A DNA stretch of 64,000 nucleotides, from positions 416,001 through 480,000 of the forward strand of contig CAWJQU010000002.1 of the NCBI GenBank assembly GCA_963845145.1, in the 5' to 3' direction. The stretch is from an uncultured delta proteobacterium. Its GTDB lineage: Bacteria > Desulfobacterota > Desulfobacteria > Desulfobacterales > QNYZ01. The stretch's first letter is position 1, and each line of letters opens with the position of its first letter. Positions 10,371 through 20,800 of this stretch are shown here, piece by piece. The translations under genes and the position numbers were made by a program. Below the pieces are notes generated by a model. It was not told the DNA's origin. It was given only the letters and a program-made list of their open reading frames with translations, and ran no database searches.

Positions 10371-10597
10371 AAGCCCTCACGATTTTGTGGGGCTAAATCC
10401 TCACGGCCCCCGGCAAAGAAATCATCGGGTAGCTCGGTCAACAATTCAAATGCCCGAACCAGCCCCTCAGTTGTTTCCCGAAGCACAATTTCGTCTCCAC
10501 GCCGAAAAATCTCAAGTACTTTGCTGTTAACTGAGAATTCTTTTGGCAACCTTACAGCTTGACTATTTCCTGATTTGAATACTCGGGTGGTTGTCAC
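10367..10597 (-). CDS. vapB: Type II TA antitoxin VapB (AbrB-type)
   Basis: VFKSGNSQAVRLPKEF; GGAGG RBS; 4-nt overlap with vapC. Confidence 0.93.
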   Translation of the reverse strand: MTTTRVFKSGNSQAVRLPKEFSVNSKVLEIFRRGDEIVLRETTEGLVRAFELLTELPDDFFAGGREDLAPQNREGL

Positions 10598-10663
10598 AGC
10601 AGCCTCCTCCCTAAAACCAAGGGATAAACCCCCTTACCGGATCATAAACACCATACCCCCAAT

Positions 10664-10687
10664 TGTGTATACTTGTTAGTATATACA
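10664..10687. promoter_or_regulatory. Probable vapBC operator (inverted repeat)
   Basis: TGTGTATAC-TTGTTA-GTATATACA (8/9 match) about 70 nt upstream of vapB. Confidence 0.65.
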
Positions 10688-10702
10688 TGCGATCGAAAGA
10701 TG

Positions 10703-11218
10703 TCAATATTGCTGAACCTCATCAAATTTATAATCAATTGCGACCTGAGCAGTGGCAAACATCCGTTCCGATTCCGCTCCGGCGTGGTACTTTCGCTCGC
10801 AGACGACTCGTTTGATCCCGCAGTTGATAATAAGCATGGCGCAAGTCCGGCAGGGGGTCATTCGGGTATAGAGGGTTGCGCCGGCGATTGAGATACCCTG
10901 CTTGGCCGCCTGGCAAATGGCATTCTGTTCGGCATGGATCGTGCGCATGCAATGGTTGGTCGTTGTCCCATCTTCGTGGGTGATCTGTTTCATCTGGTGA
11001 CCCACTTCATCGCAATGGGGAAACCCTGCGGGTGAGCCCACATAACCCGACACCAAAAGCTGCCGGTCACGGACGATCACGCATCCGCTTTTACCCCGGT
11101 CGCAGGTTGCGCGAGTCGAAACCGTATTGGCCATTTCCAGAAAGTACTCATCCCACGAAGGACGCCCATCGTTTTCTTGGCTTTCAATTTCCACCGTTAC
11201 CTCCAGATCCTTTTGCAA
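10703..11218 (-). CDS. dCMP deaminase / ComEB-family zinc deaminase
   Basis: RPSWDEYF, RATCDR, HAEQNAI, PCRTC. Confidence 0.9.
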   Translation of the reverse strand: MQKDLEVTVEIESQENDGRPSWDEYFLEMANTVSTRATCDRGKSGCVIVRDRQLLVSGYVGSPAGFPHCDEVGHQMKQITHEDGTTTNHCMRTIHAEQNAICQAAKQGISIAGATLYTRMTPCRTCAMLIINCGIKRVVCERKYHAGAESERMFATAQVAIDYKFDEVQQY

Positions 11219-11221
11219 ATT

Positions 11222-13267
11222 TTATTCTCTTTCTTTATTCAATACAAATCCCGTTCGGCTGGGCAGATACAACCGAAGGCAATGCTGACTGTGGTTGTTA
11301 TGCTCAATAATCAGCGTTTGGTGCAATTGTTTGGGAACCAATCGTTGATGCCCGCCATATCGGGCATCATCCGTATCGAGCAGCAACCGATATTGACCGG
11401 CAGCAATATCGACCGGATAATCGGCAAACGATTTTTCCGGGTGGAAGTTAAACCCGAATAAAAAGTCTCCCCGCTTAAATATTAAAATTTGGTCGGCTCG
11501 GTGATCGACTCGTAATTCCGTCTGCAAGGATTCAAGCCAGCCGTATCGACGGGCCAGGGTAATCATCGCCCGATCGAAATCAGCCAGCTGTTGATATTTC
11601 AACTGGGGATCATCGGCCAGATGCCACTGCCGCCGGGAATAATGAAAAGACCAGGCGTTGCCTTCACGGGGAAAATCGATCCATTCCGGATGCCCGAACT
11701 CGTTGCCCATGAAATTCAGATAACCGTTACCGGCCGTAGCCAACGTGATCAGCCGAATCATCTTATGCAGGGCTGTGGCCCGATCGATGTTTAAGTGCCG
11801 ATCCTCAACATGCATGTGCCCATACATGTCGACACCCCCCAGTCGAAACATGAGGGTTTGATCCCCCACCAGGGCCTGATCGTGGGATTCGGCGTAGCTG
11901 ATGGTTTTTTCTTCAGCCCGGCGCTGCGTCAGCTCATGCCACAACTCACCCACAGACCATTCTTCATCCTTTTTTTCCTTGACCAACCGAATCCAATAAT
12001 CCGGTATTCCCATGGCAAAACGGTAATCGAACCCGATACCGCCGTCGATTTGCGACACAACCAGACCAGGCATCCCGCTGACATCCTCGGCGATGGTAAT
12101 CGCCTTCGGTTTGATATGGTGAATCAACTCATTGGCTAGCGTCAGGTAGGTCAGGGCATCTTCATCCACCTGATCGTTGAAGTAGTCGTCATAAGAAGTA
12201 AAGACTTTTTCCAGGCCATGATCCAGGTAGAGCATACTGGTAATCCCATCGAACCGAAAGCCATCGATGTTGTATTCGTCGAGCCAGTATCGGCAATTGG
12301 AAAGCAAAAAATGGATCACCTCAGGCTTGGCATAGTCAAAACAACGGGAGTTCCAGGCGGAATGGGTGCCGCGGGCTCCGCTATGAAAGTACTGATATCC
12401 GGTGCCGTCGAACCGGCTTAATCCCTCGACTTCATTGGCTACGGCATGGGAGTGGACAATATCCATAATGACCGTCAGGCCAGCCCCATGGGCGGCATCG
12501 ATCAAAGCCTTTAAATCTTCGGGGGCACCGAAGCGTGAAGACGGGGCAAAAAAGCTGGAAACCTGATACCCGAAGGAGGCATAGTAGGGGTGTTCCTGAA
12601 TCGCCATAAGCTGCAAGGTGTTGTACCCCGAGCGGACCACGCGGGGTAAGACTTTTTCAGTAAATTCGGCAAAGCTGCCGACTTTTCCTTCTTCCTGGGC
12701 CATACCGATATGAACTTCATATATAAAGGGCGCTTCACCGGCGGGCGTAAAGTCAGTCTGCCGCCACTGGTAGGGCTCCGGCGGTTGCCAGACCTGGGCG
12801 TTGAAAATATTCGTATGTGGATCCTGGACGACACGCCGGGCCCAGGCGGGAATACGGTCACCGCCACCTCCCGGCCAATGGAGCCGCAGCCGATAGAGAT
12901 CTCCGTGAGACATCGTTTCAACCGGCAAACGAATTTCCCATTGTCCCGCCTCATCCGCCGTTGGGTTGATTCGGTTGAGGGCAAAGGCCTCTTTTTCCTG
13001 CCAGCCGGTCATTTCCCCAATTAGGTAAACAGACGTGGCGTAGGGTGCCCACTCCCTAAAGATCCATTGATCCTTATGTAAATGTAGGCCGAAGTAGTCA
13101 TGGCCAACGGCAAAATCGACCAGATTCGAGTTTCCATTTGTCAGACGCTGTCTGGTTTGGCGCACGTTAGCCTCACGACGCGCCAGTACGGATCCATAAG
13201 GTTCCAGCCAGGGATCTTTTTCGATCAATCGTTGAAAGGCCGGAGAAGATGAAGCCATGGCGGTCAC
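11222..13267 (-). CDS. glgB: 1,4-alpha-glucan branching enzyme (GH13_8-like)
   Basis: FREWAP, YASFGYQV, DIVHSH, DGFRFDGITSM, AEDVSGMP, YAESHDQALVGD, YLNFMGNEFGHPEWIDFPR. Confidence 0.95.
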   Translation of the reverse strand: MTAMASSSPAFQRLIEKDPWLEPYGSVLARREANVRQTRQRLTNGNSNLVDFAVGHDYFGLHLHKDQWIFREWAPYATSVYLIGEMTGWQEKEAFALNRINPTADEAGQWEIRLPVETMSHGDLYRLRLHWPGGGGDRIPAWARRVVQDPHTNIFNAQVWQPPEPYQWRQTDFTPAGEAPFIYEVHIGMAQEEGKVGSFAEFTEKVLPRVVRSGYNTLQLMAIQEHPYYASFGYQVSSFFAPSSRFGAPEDLKALIDAAHGAGLTVIMDIVHSHAVANEVEGLSRFDGTGYQYFHSGARGTHSAWNSRCFDYAKPEVIHFLLSNCRYWLDEYNIDGFRFDGITSMLYLDHGLEKVFTSYDDYFNDQVDEDALTYLTLANELIHHIKPKAITIAEDVSGMPGLVVSQIDGGIGFDYRFAMGIPDYWIRLVKEKKDEEWSVGELWHELTQRRAEEKTISYAESHDQALVGDQTLMFRLGGVDMYGHMHVEDRHLNIDRATALHKMIRLITLATAGNGYLNFMGNEFGHPEWIDFPREGNAWSFHYSRRQWHLADDPQLKYQQLADFDRAMITLARRYGWLESLQTELRVDHRADQILIFKRGDFLFGFNFHPEKSFADYPVDIAAGQYRLLLDTDDARYGGHQRLVPKQLHQTLIIEHNNHSQHCLRLYLPSRTGFVLNKERE

Positions 13268-14800
13268 TTAAACGACAGGTGGTCTTGGAATCAACGGACG
13301 TTGAAGCATCTTTTCATATAGCTCAATATATCGGCGGGCGGTAACGTCGTGGGTAAATGAGGCGGCACTATTTTTCATGATCCGCTCAATTTGGCTACGT
13401 TTAACGGCATCGGGCTGCCCGTAAAAAGCCATGGCCTCTTCAATGGCCCAGAAAAGCCCGCGGGCATCGTACACGTCAAAGACAAACCCGTTGCCGCTAT
13501 CCGTATCAAGATTAAGGTGGACAATCGTATCCTGAATACCGCCGGTGTTATGGGCCACGGGAAGGGAACCGTAAATAGGCGCGATCATCTGGGGTAGTCC
13601 ACAAGGCTCAAATCGCGAGGGCATGAGTATAAAGTCGGAGGCGGCATATCCCTGGTGTTCCAGTTGTTCATCAAAATGACAGACAGCCACACGATCATGA
13701 AAACCATGCCGGGCCACGATATCACGAAAAACCTGCTGATAATCACCATTGGCCACGAAGACGATTTGTAGATTTTGTTGCCACCAGGTGGAGATAACCC
13801 CATATAAGATATCGGCCAGTAGCTGGCATCCTTTTTGAACCGGGTCCAGGCGTGACGGCCAGAAAAAAAGCGGGGCGCCTTCATTTTCAATCAGGCCGAG
13901 ATGTTTTTGGAACGCGCGTTTATTTTGTTTTTTTCCTTTCGTGTGGGTTGCCGCCGTGAAGCGGGCTGTCACGTAAGGGTCCGTGGCCGGATCAAAGGCC
14001 GGGTCCGGTGCATTCAAAATGCCCACGGCGCATCCCGCATCCACTTTGTGGGTCAACTCCTCCCTTAGGGGGGCTTCGACAAATTCATGCCGTCCCTCGA
14101 TAATTTCGTTTAAAAAGGTCGAGCTGACCGTATTGACGAAATGGGCGCCGAACACACCGCTGACCAGGAAATCCACCGGATTGGTGGCACGCGTCGACTC
14201 ATAATCCTCAGCCATCTGTTTATAATACAAATGATGCCAGAAATAGGCCGCATCGATACCCCGGTCTTCGATATGATCCAGCGTGTCGTGGACCGTATGA
14301 ATATTGTGAATGGTAAAAAGGCAGGGAATTCCCATTTGGCGCGACATGGCCGGTATCAAGCCTGTCATCCAGTCATTGCAATGGATCAAATCGGGGCGCA
14401 CCCGGGGCAAAATATTGTTGATCACTTCCCTTTGAAAGGTCACCGACAGCAGCGTATTTTCATTGCCATAGTTCGAATAGACCCGGTTCAGATAGTAAAA
14501 GGCCCGATCCTGGGCCAAATGCACCCGGTCGTCCGGCATCATTTGGCGAATCACATTTTGCTCTTTCTCGAGAAACGGTGCCAGGCGGCCTTTAAAGATC
14601 TCGCGATAATCGGGCAGCGCCACATGCACATCGGCCCCTTGATCGGAAAGGGCCTTGACCAAGGCTGCAGACACATCGGCCAATCCCCCACCTTTGGCCG
14701 TCAGATAGTTGGCGATACTTCCCATGCGATCCGGCAGGTAGGTCACTTCCGGTGTAACGATCAAAATCCGCGGTGATGTGCTTTTTTTGCTCATTGGCAT
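13268..14800 (-). CDS. glgA: Glycogen/starch synthase (GT5)
   Basis: KGGGLADV, HCNDWMTG, FTIHN, SRFEPCGL, TGGIQDT. Confidence 0.9.
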   Translation of the reverse strand: MPMSKKSTSPRILIVTPEVTYLPDRMGSIANYLTAKGGGLADVSAALVKALSDQGADVHVALPDYREIFKGRLAPFLEKEQNVIRQMMPDDRVHLAQDRAFYYLNRVYSNYGNENTLLSVTFQREVINNILPRVRPDLIHCNDWMTGLIPAMSRQMGIPCLFTIHNIHTVHDTLDHIEDRGIDAAYFWHHLYYKQMAEDYESTRATNPVDFLVSGVFGAHFVNTVSSTFLNEIIEGRHEFVEAPLREELTHKVDAGCAVGILNAPDPAFDPATDPYVTARFTAATHTKGKKQNKRAFQKHLGLIENEGAPLFFWPSRLDPVQKGCQLLADILYGVISTWWQQNLQIVFVANGDYQQVFRDIVARHGFHDRVAVCHFDEQLEHQGYAASDFILMPSRFEPCGLPQMIAPIYGSLPVAHNTGGIQDTIVHLNLDTDSGNGFVFDVYDARGLFWAIEEAMAFYGQPDAVKRSQIERIMKNSAASFTHDVTARRYIELYEKMLQRPLIPRPPVV

Positions 14801-14811
14801 TGGCCTGTACG

Positions 14812-17373
14812 TCAGCTGGTTTTCGCCCAGGTGATCAGCCCCGGCATATGTTTGATCCAGTCATCGCCCCTGGGAATGATGCGGGCGGTAAACCCAAACC
14901 GGCCGGAGGCGGGACAGGTAACGGTTGATCCATAAACATAATCGCCGTTTTCAAGATCCTCGACAACATGCATCACTTCTACCTGGCTGGTTGACACCGT
15001 ATCCAACGATTTAAGGTTTCCGTAATACAGCTCAACGTCCACTTCATCGGGACGCAAGTCGGTCAAGTGAACCCGGGCGGTCAAATCGAATGTATCGCCC
15101 ACCCGAAAATTTTTCTTTTTACCACGAACAGGTTGTTCAATTCGGATACCTGGCCAGCGTTCTTTAAGGCGGCAGGCCTGTTCTGACAACAATCGTGCCC
15201 GGGCAAGATTTTCGACACACAACTGGTTCGCATTATCGGCGGCCGGGTGGTAAAAGCGGGTGTTATATTCCGTTGCCATGCGTGTGCTGCAATAGTCCAG
15301 CATGCCCATTTTAATGGAAGCCTTCATCATCTTAACCCAATTATGGGGCGAAGTCCCGTTTGTACGATTGTAAAAAGTTGGAATAACCTCGTTTTCCAGA
15401 ACATTATAAAGGGCCTGGGCGTCGATTGTATCCTGGTAGGCCCAGTCGCCGGTATTGCCCTCGCCGTTACCGATGGCCCATCCCACGTCCGGTGTATATG
15501 CTTCCGCCCACCAACCATCTAAAATACTGACATTTAAGCAACCGTTGATGGCGGCCTTCATTCCCGATGTTCCGCAAGCTTCCTCCGGTCGACGGGGGGT
15601 GTTCAGCCAGACATCCGCTCCCTGGGTCAGATGCCGGGCCAGATGCATGTCGTAATCCTCTAGAAACACCACTTTTCCCCGAACCGCCGGTCGGCGGCTG
15701 AATTCAATGATTTCACGAATCAATGCCTTGCCTTCATCGTCTCTTGGATGCGCTTTACCGGCAAAAATGATTTGGACGGGGTGTTTTTCATTGGTTAAAA
15801 TAGTTTCCAGTCGTTCGGGGTCATGGAGCAATAAATTGGCCCGTTTATAGGTCGCAAACCGGCGGGCAAAACCGATGGTAAGAACGCCCTCCTCCAGAAT
15901 GGAAGCCGCTTCGGTCATCACATTTGCGGGTTCATTGCGCTGGTTGCATTGCTTGATCGCCTGTTCACGGCAGGTGGCGATCAGACGCGCACGATTCATT
16001 TCGTGGGCCCGCCAGAGCTCTTCGTCAAAGATATCATCGATCCGGTCCACATTTTGCCGATCCTGGCAACGAATATGCCACTGTGGGTCCACATACCGCT
16101 TGAAAAGCAACGAATGCTCCGGTGAAATCCAGCTGGCCGAGTGGACGCCGTTGGTCACATGGCTGATGGGAATTTCGTCTTCGGGACGTTCCGGCCACAA
16201 GTGGCACCACATCCGACGGGCGACAGCACCGTGCAACCGGCTCACCCCGTTGCAAAATTGTGCCATACGAGCACCCAAAATAAACATGGACACCGGTGCT
16301 TCCGGATTGGTACCCGGCGGCTGGCCCCAAGATAGGATCTCTTCCTCGGACGCGCCCAAAGCTTCCTTGAAAGGCTCGATCACGGGTTTGACCATGTTCA
16401 CCGGAAATACGTCGTGACCGGCAGGGACTGGTGTATGGGTGGTAAAAATGGTTGTTCGGGGGATGATTTCAATCGCCGTTTTTAGGTCGGTACCATGGGT
16501 TCGCATGAAGAGGGCCAGGCGCTCCAGACTTGAAAACGCCGAATGTCCCTCATTTAAATGGCACACTTTTGGATACAGTCCCAAGGCCTCAAGCATGCGC
16601 ATGCCGCCGATCCCCAATAAAGCCTCCTGGGCCAGCCGGGTCTGAAGATCACCGGCATACAGGTTTGCCGTTACCTGGCGGGTTTCAGGTGAATTTTCCT
16701 GCAAGTTCGTGTCGAGCAGGTAAAGAGCGACACGCCCTACCTTGATTCGCCAGACGGCCGCATGGATGACACCCTCTGGCCCATCCACGGATATATTGAG
16801 ACCGAGACCATTTTCGTCCCTAATTCTTTTTAGAGGCAAATTGTATAAATCGGTTTCAGGATAGGTCTCCTGCTGCCAGCCATTTTCATCTAAAAACTGG
16901 CGAAAATACCCCTGGCGGTATAGCAACCCCACGCCTGTCAGCGGCAGCCCGAGATTGGAGGCCGCTTTTAAGTGATCGCCGGCCAAGACACCCAATCCTC
17001 CGGCAAACAGGCGAACACTTTCATGAAGACCGAACTCCATGGAAGAATAGGCAATGGTATCCATCGGCTGAAAGGGATGATCAATCGGGGGCCGAACCCG
17101 GGCAACGCCTTTGGCAAACTCTTCTCTGACACTATCCATATGCGAAACAAAACTGTCGTCCTCGGCCAGTTTTTCCAAATGATCCTGGGGAACCTTGGTT
17201 AAAAACAGGAGCGGATTACGATCCATTTTTTCCCACAAAGCGGGCGCAATCCGGCGAAAAAGTTCTTTTGCCTGGGGCTTCCAGCACCACCACATGTTAC
17301 GCGATAATGTTTCCAGAAATATCAGACGTTCGGGTATTTTGGGAAATACGCGAAAAGTTTGAAATTGTTTCAT
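14812..17373 (-). CDS. glgP: Alpha-glucan phosphorylase (GT35)
   Basis: GGLGVLAGDHLK, HLNEGH, FTTHTPVPAG, ARRFATYKR, EACGTSGMK. Confidence 0.95.
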   Translation of the reverse strand: MKQFQTFRVFPKIPERLIFLETLSRNMWWCWKPQAKELFRRIAPALWEKMDRNPLLFLTKVPQDHLEKLAEDDSFVSHMDSVREEFAKGVARVRPPIDHPFQPMDTIAYSSMEFGLHESVRLFAGGLGVLAGDHLKAASNLGLPLTGVGLLYRQGYFRQFLDENGWQQETYPETDLYNLPLKRIRDENGLGLNISVDGPEGVIHAAVWRIKVGRVALYLLDTNLQENSPETRQVTANLYAGDLQTRLAQEALLGIGGMRMLEALGLYPKVCHLNEGHSAFSSLERLALFMRTHGTDLKTAIEIIPRTTIFTTHTPVPAGHDVFPVNMVKPVIEPFKEALGASEEEILSWGQPPGTNPEAPVSMFILGARMAQFCNGVSRLHGAVARRMWCHLWPERPEDEIPISHVTNGVHSASWISPEHSLLFKRYVDPQWHIRCQDRQNVDRIDDIFDEELWRAHEMNRARLIATCREQAIKQCNQRNEPANVMTEAASILEEGVLTIGFARRFATYKRANLLLHDPERLETILTNEKHPVQIIFAGKAHPRDDEGKALIREIIEFSRRPAVRGKVVFLEDYDMHLARHLTQGADVWLNTPRRPEEACGTSGMKAAINGCLNVSILDGWWAEAYTPDVGWAIGNGEGNTGDWAYQDTIDAQALYNVLENEVIPTFYNRTNGTSPHNWVKMMKASIKMGMLDYCSTRMATEYNTRFYHPAADNANQLCVENLARARLLSEQACRLKERWPGIRIEQPVRGKKKNFRVGDTFDLTARVHLTDLRPDEVDVELYYGNLKSLDTVSTSQVEVMHVVEDLENGDYVYGSTVTCPASGRFGFTARIIPRGDDWIKHMPGLITWAKTS

Positions 17374-17392
17374 TTATTCCTTTTTCGACGGG

Positions 17393-17701
17393 CTAAATAG
17401 CGACGACCGAGTTATCGCAATCACCAAAAGGTGTCGGTATGTAAGCATCGGCCTTGTCATCATTTTCCCAGCGTACCTGATCGATCAAATATCGGAATTG
17501 ATATTCACGACCCGTTTCAAGGTCCAGAGTCAAGGTAAAGTCACCGCTTTTTAACCGTTTCATGGGTGTCGCCAAAATGTTCCACTGGTTGAACTCACCT
17601 ACCAGGTGAACATGGTCCGCCGATTGAACCAATTTTTTGGTCATTCGAAAAGTGACTTTACACACCGGTTTCGATTTTAAATATTGCTTCTTCAATGCCA
17701 T
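17393..17701 (-). CDS. Isoamylase early-set / CBM48-like glycogen-binding protein
   Basis: KPVCKVTF, LVGEFNQW, YQFRYLID, WEND, NSV; inside the glycogen cluster. Confidence 0.88.
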   Translation of the reverse strand: MALKKQYLKSKPVCKVTFRMTKKLVQSADHVHLVGEFNQWNILATPMKRLKSGDFTLTLDLETGREYQFRYLIDQVRWENDDKADAYIPTPFGDCDNSVVAI

Positions 17702-17805
17702 GACGTCCCGCCTTTCAGTGTCGGTTTATTCTCGAATATCAGATATCTATCGATTATTTCCGGCTGGACTAAAATGGGTTTATCCTATTTTACGAATCGT
17801 GTAAA

Positions 17806-20800
17806 TCATTTTCCTGAGCGAGTACCCAAAGCCCGCCAAACCCGCAAATATTCACTGACCCCCCAGGCTTGGGCATCACACCCCCTTGACTGGTGGGGAA
17901 AATCACCGTCCACGATTTCAGGAAGATGGCCGACGCATCCGTTTCGAATTAAGGCGCTGCTGCTGGATAACCAATATTGTGCCGATTTTCGGGCACCCGA
18001 ACCCCAGGCCGTGACCCAGGCTTCGCAAAAAGTGGGGAATACCCAGGTCCAGGCGGTGCCATTATGATAGGCCGGTTTGCGCTGTGTGTCCTCATCCCCC
18101 TCATACCGTCCCTGGTAAGGATGATGCGGATCGTTTAGAACCTGCCCCTGATGAATCACGGCAATCGGATGTGCCACCGGACGATCCGCTATACTGCGAA
18201 TAGCGCCGGGGACGACAAGTGCCTGGCAGGCGGTCACCATCGCCCGACTGATTTTGGGGTCATCGATGGCACCAAGGGTAATGGCAAAAAGTTGATTGGG
18301 CCGCAAGGCATCGTCCCGGTCCGCTTTTTCGGCGGAAACGCCAGGGTCAGCATGCAAACAGTCGGCCATGTAGCCGGCATTTTTAAGGTAAAAATACCGT
18401 TTGAGTGATGCCTTTACTTGGGTTTGCAAATCGGCCCATGGGCCACCGTCCGGATCGACTTTGGCGAGGAGTTGAAGGGCAGCATGCCATAGAGCCTGGA
18501 TCTCTACCGGATACCCTTGGCGGGGTGTTCCGGCCGGATGGTTGGTGTCCATCCAGGTAAAATGGCTGGGACTGAATATCAGCCCCGACTCAGCATCCAT
18601 TTTCACACCGTTGGGCGTTCCTGCGATCATGGCGTTGCCGATGGACAACAAGATCTCTTCAATCGACCGTCCCCCGCAATCGATTTGCATCAAGGCACGG
18701 TTTTTTTCCGCTTTCATGAGATCGGCACAAGCGGTAAAAAACCATAGCGGAGCGTCGGATGTATCCCGGTTATCCGCCCGGTCGCCATGAATCATGTTGG
18801 GCAGAGTGCCGTCCTGCTCAAAGCGCCCGAACTGGATTAAAATCTTGCGGGCGACCTCGTATCGGCCGGCCGCCACCAGGCCCCTGACCGCAATGAGCGT
18901 ATCGCGCCCCCAATCGAGAAACCAGGGATAACCGGCCACTACGCTGAAGTTACTTCCCCTTTTGACCACAAATTGATCCAAAGCGGCTGTGAGGGCGGTC
19001 GTCAAAGATGCCTCGCGGCGGATAGAGGTGTCCGGCTGACTGGCCCATTGAACCAATGCGCTGGAAAAATCGGCCGGAACAGCTTCGGGTTCCGATATCC
19101 CGGCAGTTAAAAGCTCATGCTCACCGCCGGCCAGCAGGGTCGCAAAGTATCCGGGGCTGAACAGGTCCGAATCCGGATCCAGCCCCCTTTCCGCCTCCAG
19201 CGAACGGTGCACCATGTAATGCCATTCCGGTTCGAGCACGAATGTTCCCCGTAACACCGTCATCTCTAAGCAGCGCTGGGTTGCCGGTGTGAATTCGAAC
19301 TTTTGTTCACCAGGCGTCAGGGCTGAGGGAAAAGCCTGTTCGGGGCCTGTAAAGGCCTTCGTGGTGTCGTGAAAACTGCGGTCTTCGATATCCGGGCGCA
19401 GGATCAACCGAACGGGATTTGAATCGGCCAGGTGGTCGGCCTTTTTTGAGCCAGATATTGAGCCGGGCGACCGATAAGCAACCAGAGCCATTGCATTTTT
19501 ATCCGGCACCATGGCGGCAACAATGGTGAGCCGAATATGCTCTCCTTGGCCGGTGGGAATGGTAAATTGCCAGCGTCCGCCCACACCGATTTCGTAATCG
19601 AAACGGTCCAGACAATCGGAATTGATCTCGGTCGAATAGCCCTGATAAACCACCCAGCCCCGGCAACGGGTAAACATCACCCAGCGATCCTCGGGGTAGT
19701 CGGGGTTAAGGTTGGCGGATAAAAGCGCATCGTAGCGACTGTATAGTTCGCCCCACCGGACCGGTACGTGCAGCATGCCGCCCCGACCGTTGGTATCCAG
19801 GAACATACCCTTCTCAAGGGCGGCGATCTCACGCCGAGAATATTGGCAATTGAGGCGTTCTGGTTCGACGAAAGTCGGGAAATGGAGCAAGCCCTCTTCA
19901 TGTCGGGTTTGCGCAGCCTCATAAACCGTGAGGGCCAGGGTCAGCCGACAGGGGAGTTTTTCCAATTCAGATTTTCCCGGCTCTGATTTGCCCGGTTCTG
20001 ATTTTACCGGTGTCGATAAGGGTGTAAACAGAACAAAGTGTGCGTTGTCGTCCTGGATAAGGCTTACTTCCTGGGCCAGCGTCTTTTTACCCGCCGTTAT
20101 TCGGGCCCGAAACGGATGGGGCGCCCAAATGTAGAGAAAATGGCCCGGCAAGACCACCACCTCGCGCCGCGTATCGGTTGGCCAGGTCCAATCAATGATA
20201 CCGGGCGTGGCTTCATTCGGACGCAACTTGAGACAAAATTCCCTGGGATCCTTCTTCAATGTGGCTGCCAGGGCCTTAACATCTAAATTACCCAGATCCG
20301 CCGTACCATGGACATACCGATAGGCTTCCAACGCCCTGGCATAAAGACGCTGGTCTTCCACCCGTTGCACGTGTGCATTTAAGGTCTGCCCGGAGAGTAA
20401 GTCGATCCTTTCGAGATCATCCGGTTCATCGGACAGACAAAGCACCTGTCCTGCGGTAAGTTCAATCGTCGAACGCCCGTTATCGTGCCCGTTACCATGA
20501 TTGATCGTCACGGTTTGGCCGGTGATCAAATCCCATACCTTAGGGCCCTTGAAGTCGGCTTTGCGACCATGCCAGCCACCCCGAACAGGCTCTTTATCTC
20601 CCAGGTTGGCCAGGACCAACAGGTGTCGCTTGGACACGCGATGAAACCGGTCAAGGGCCAGAAAATTCCCCGGACCGTCAGAGACAATCGTTAAATCGAC
20701 CCGATCGGCAAATGTCGGATGGGTTTTCAGGATTTGATTCAGGCGGTAAATATGCGCAACCTGATTGTCATCGCTCCCCCAGTTTAAGGATGGGGCCTGG

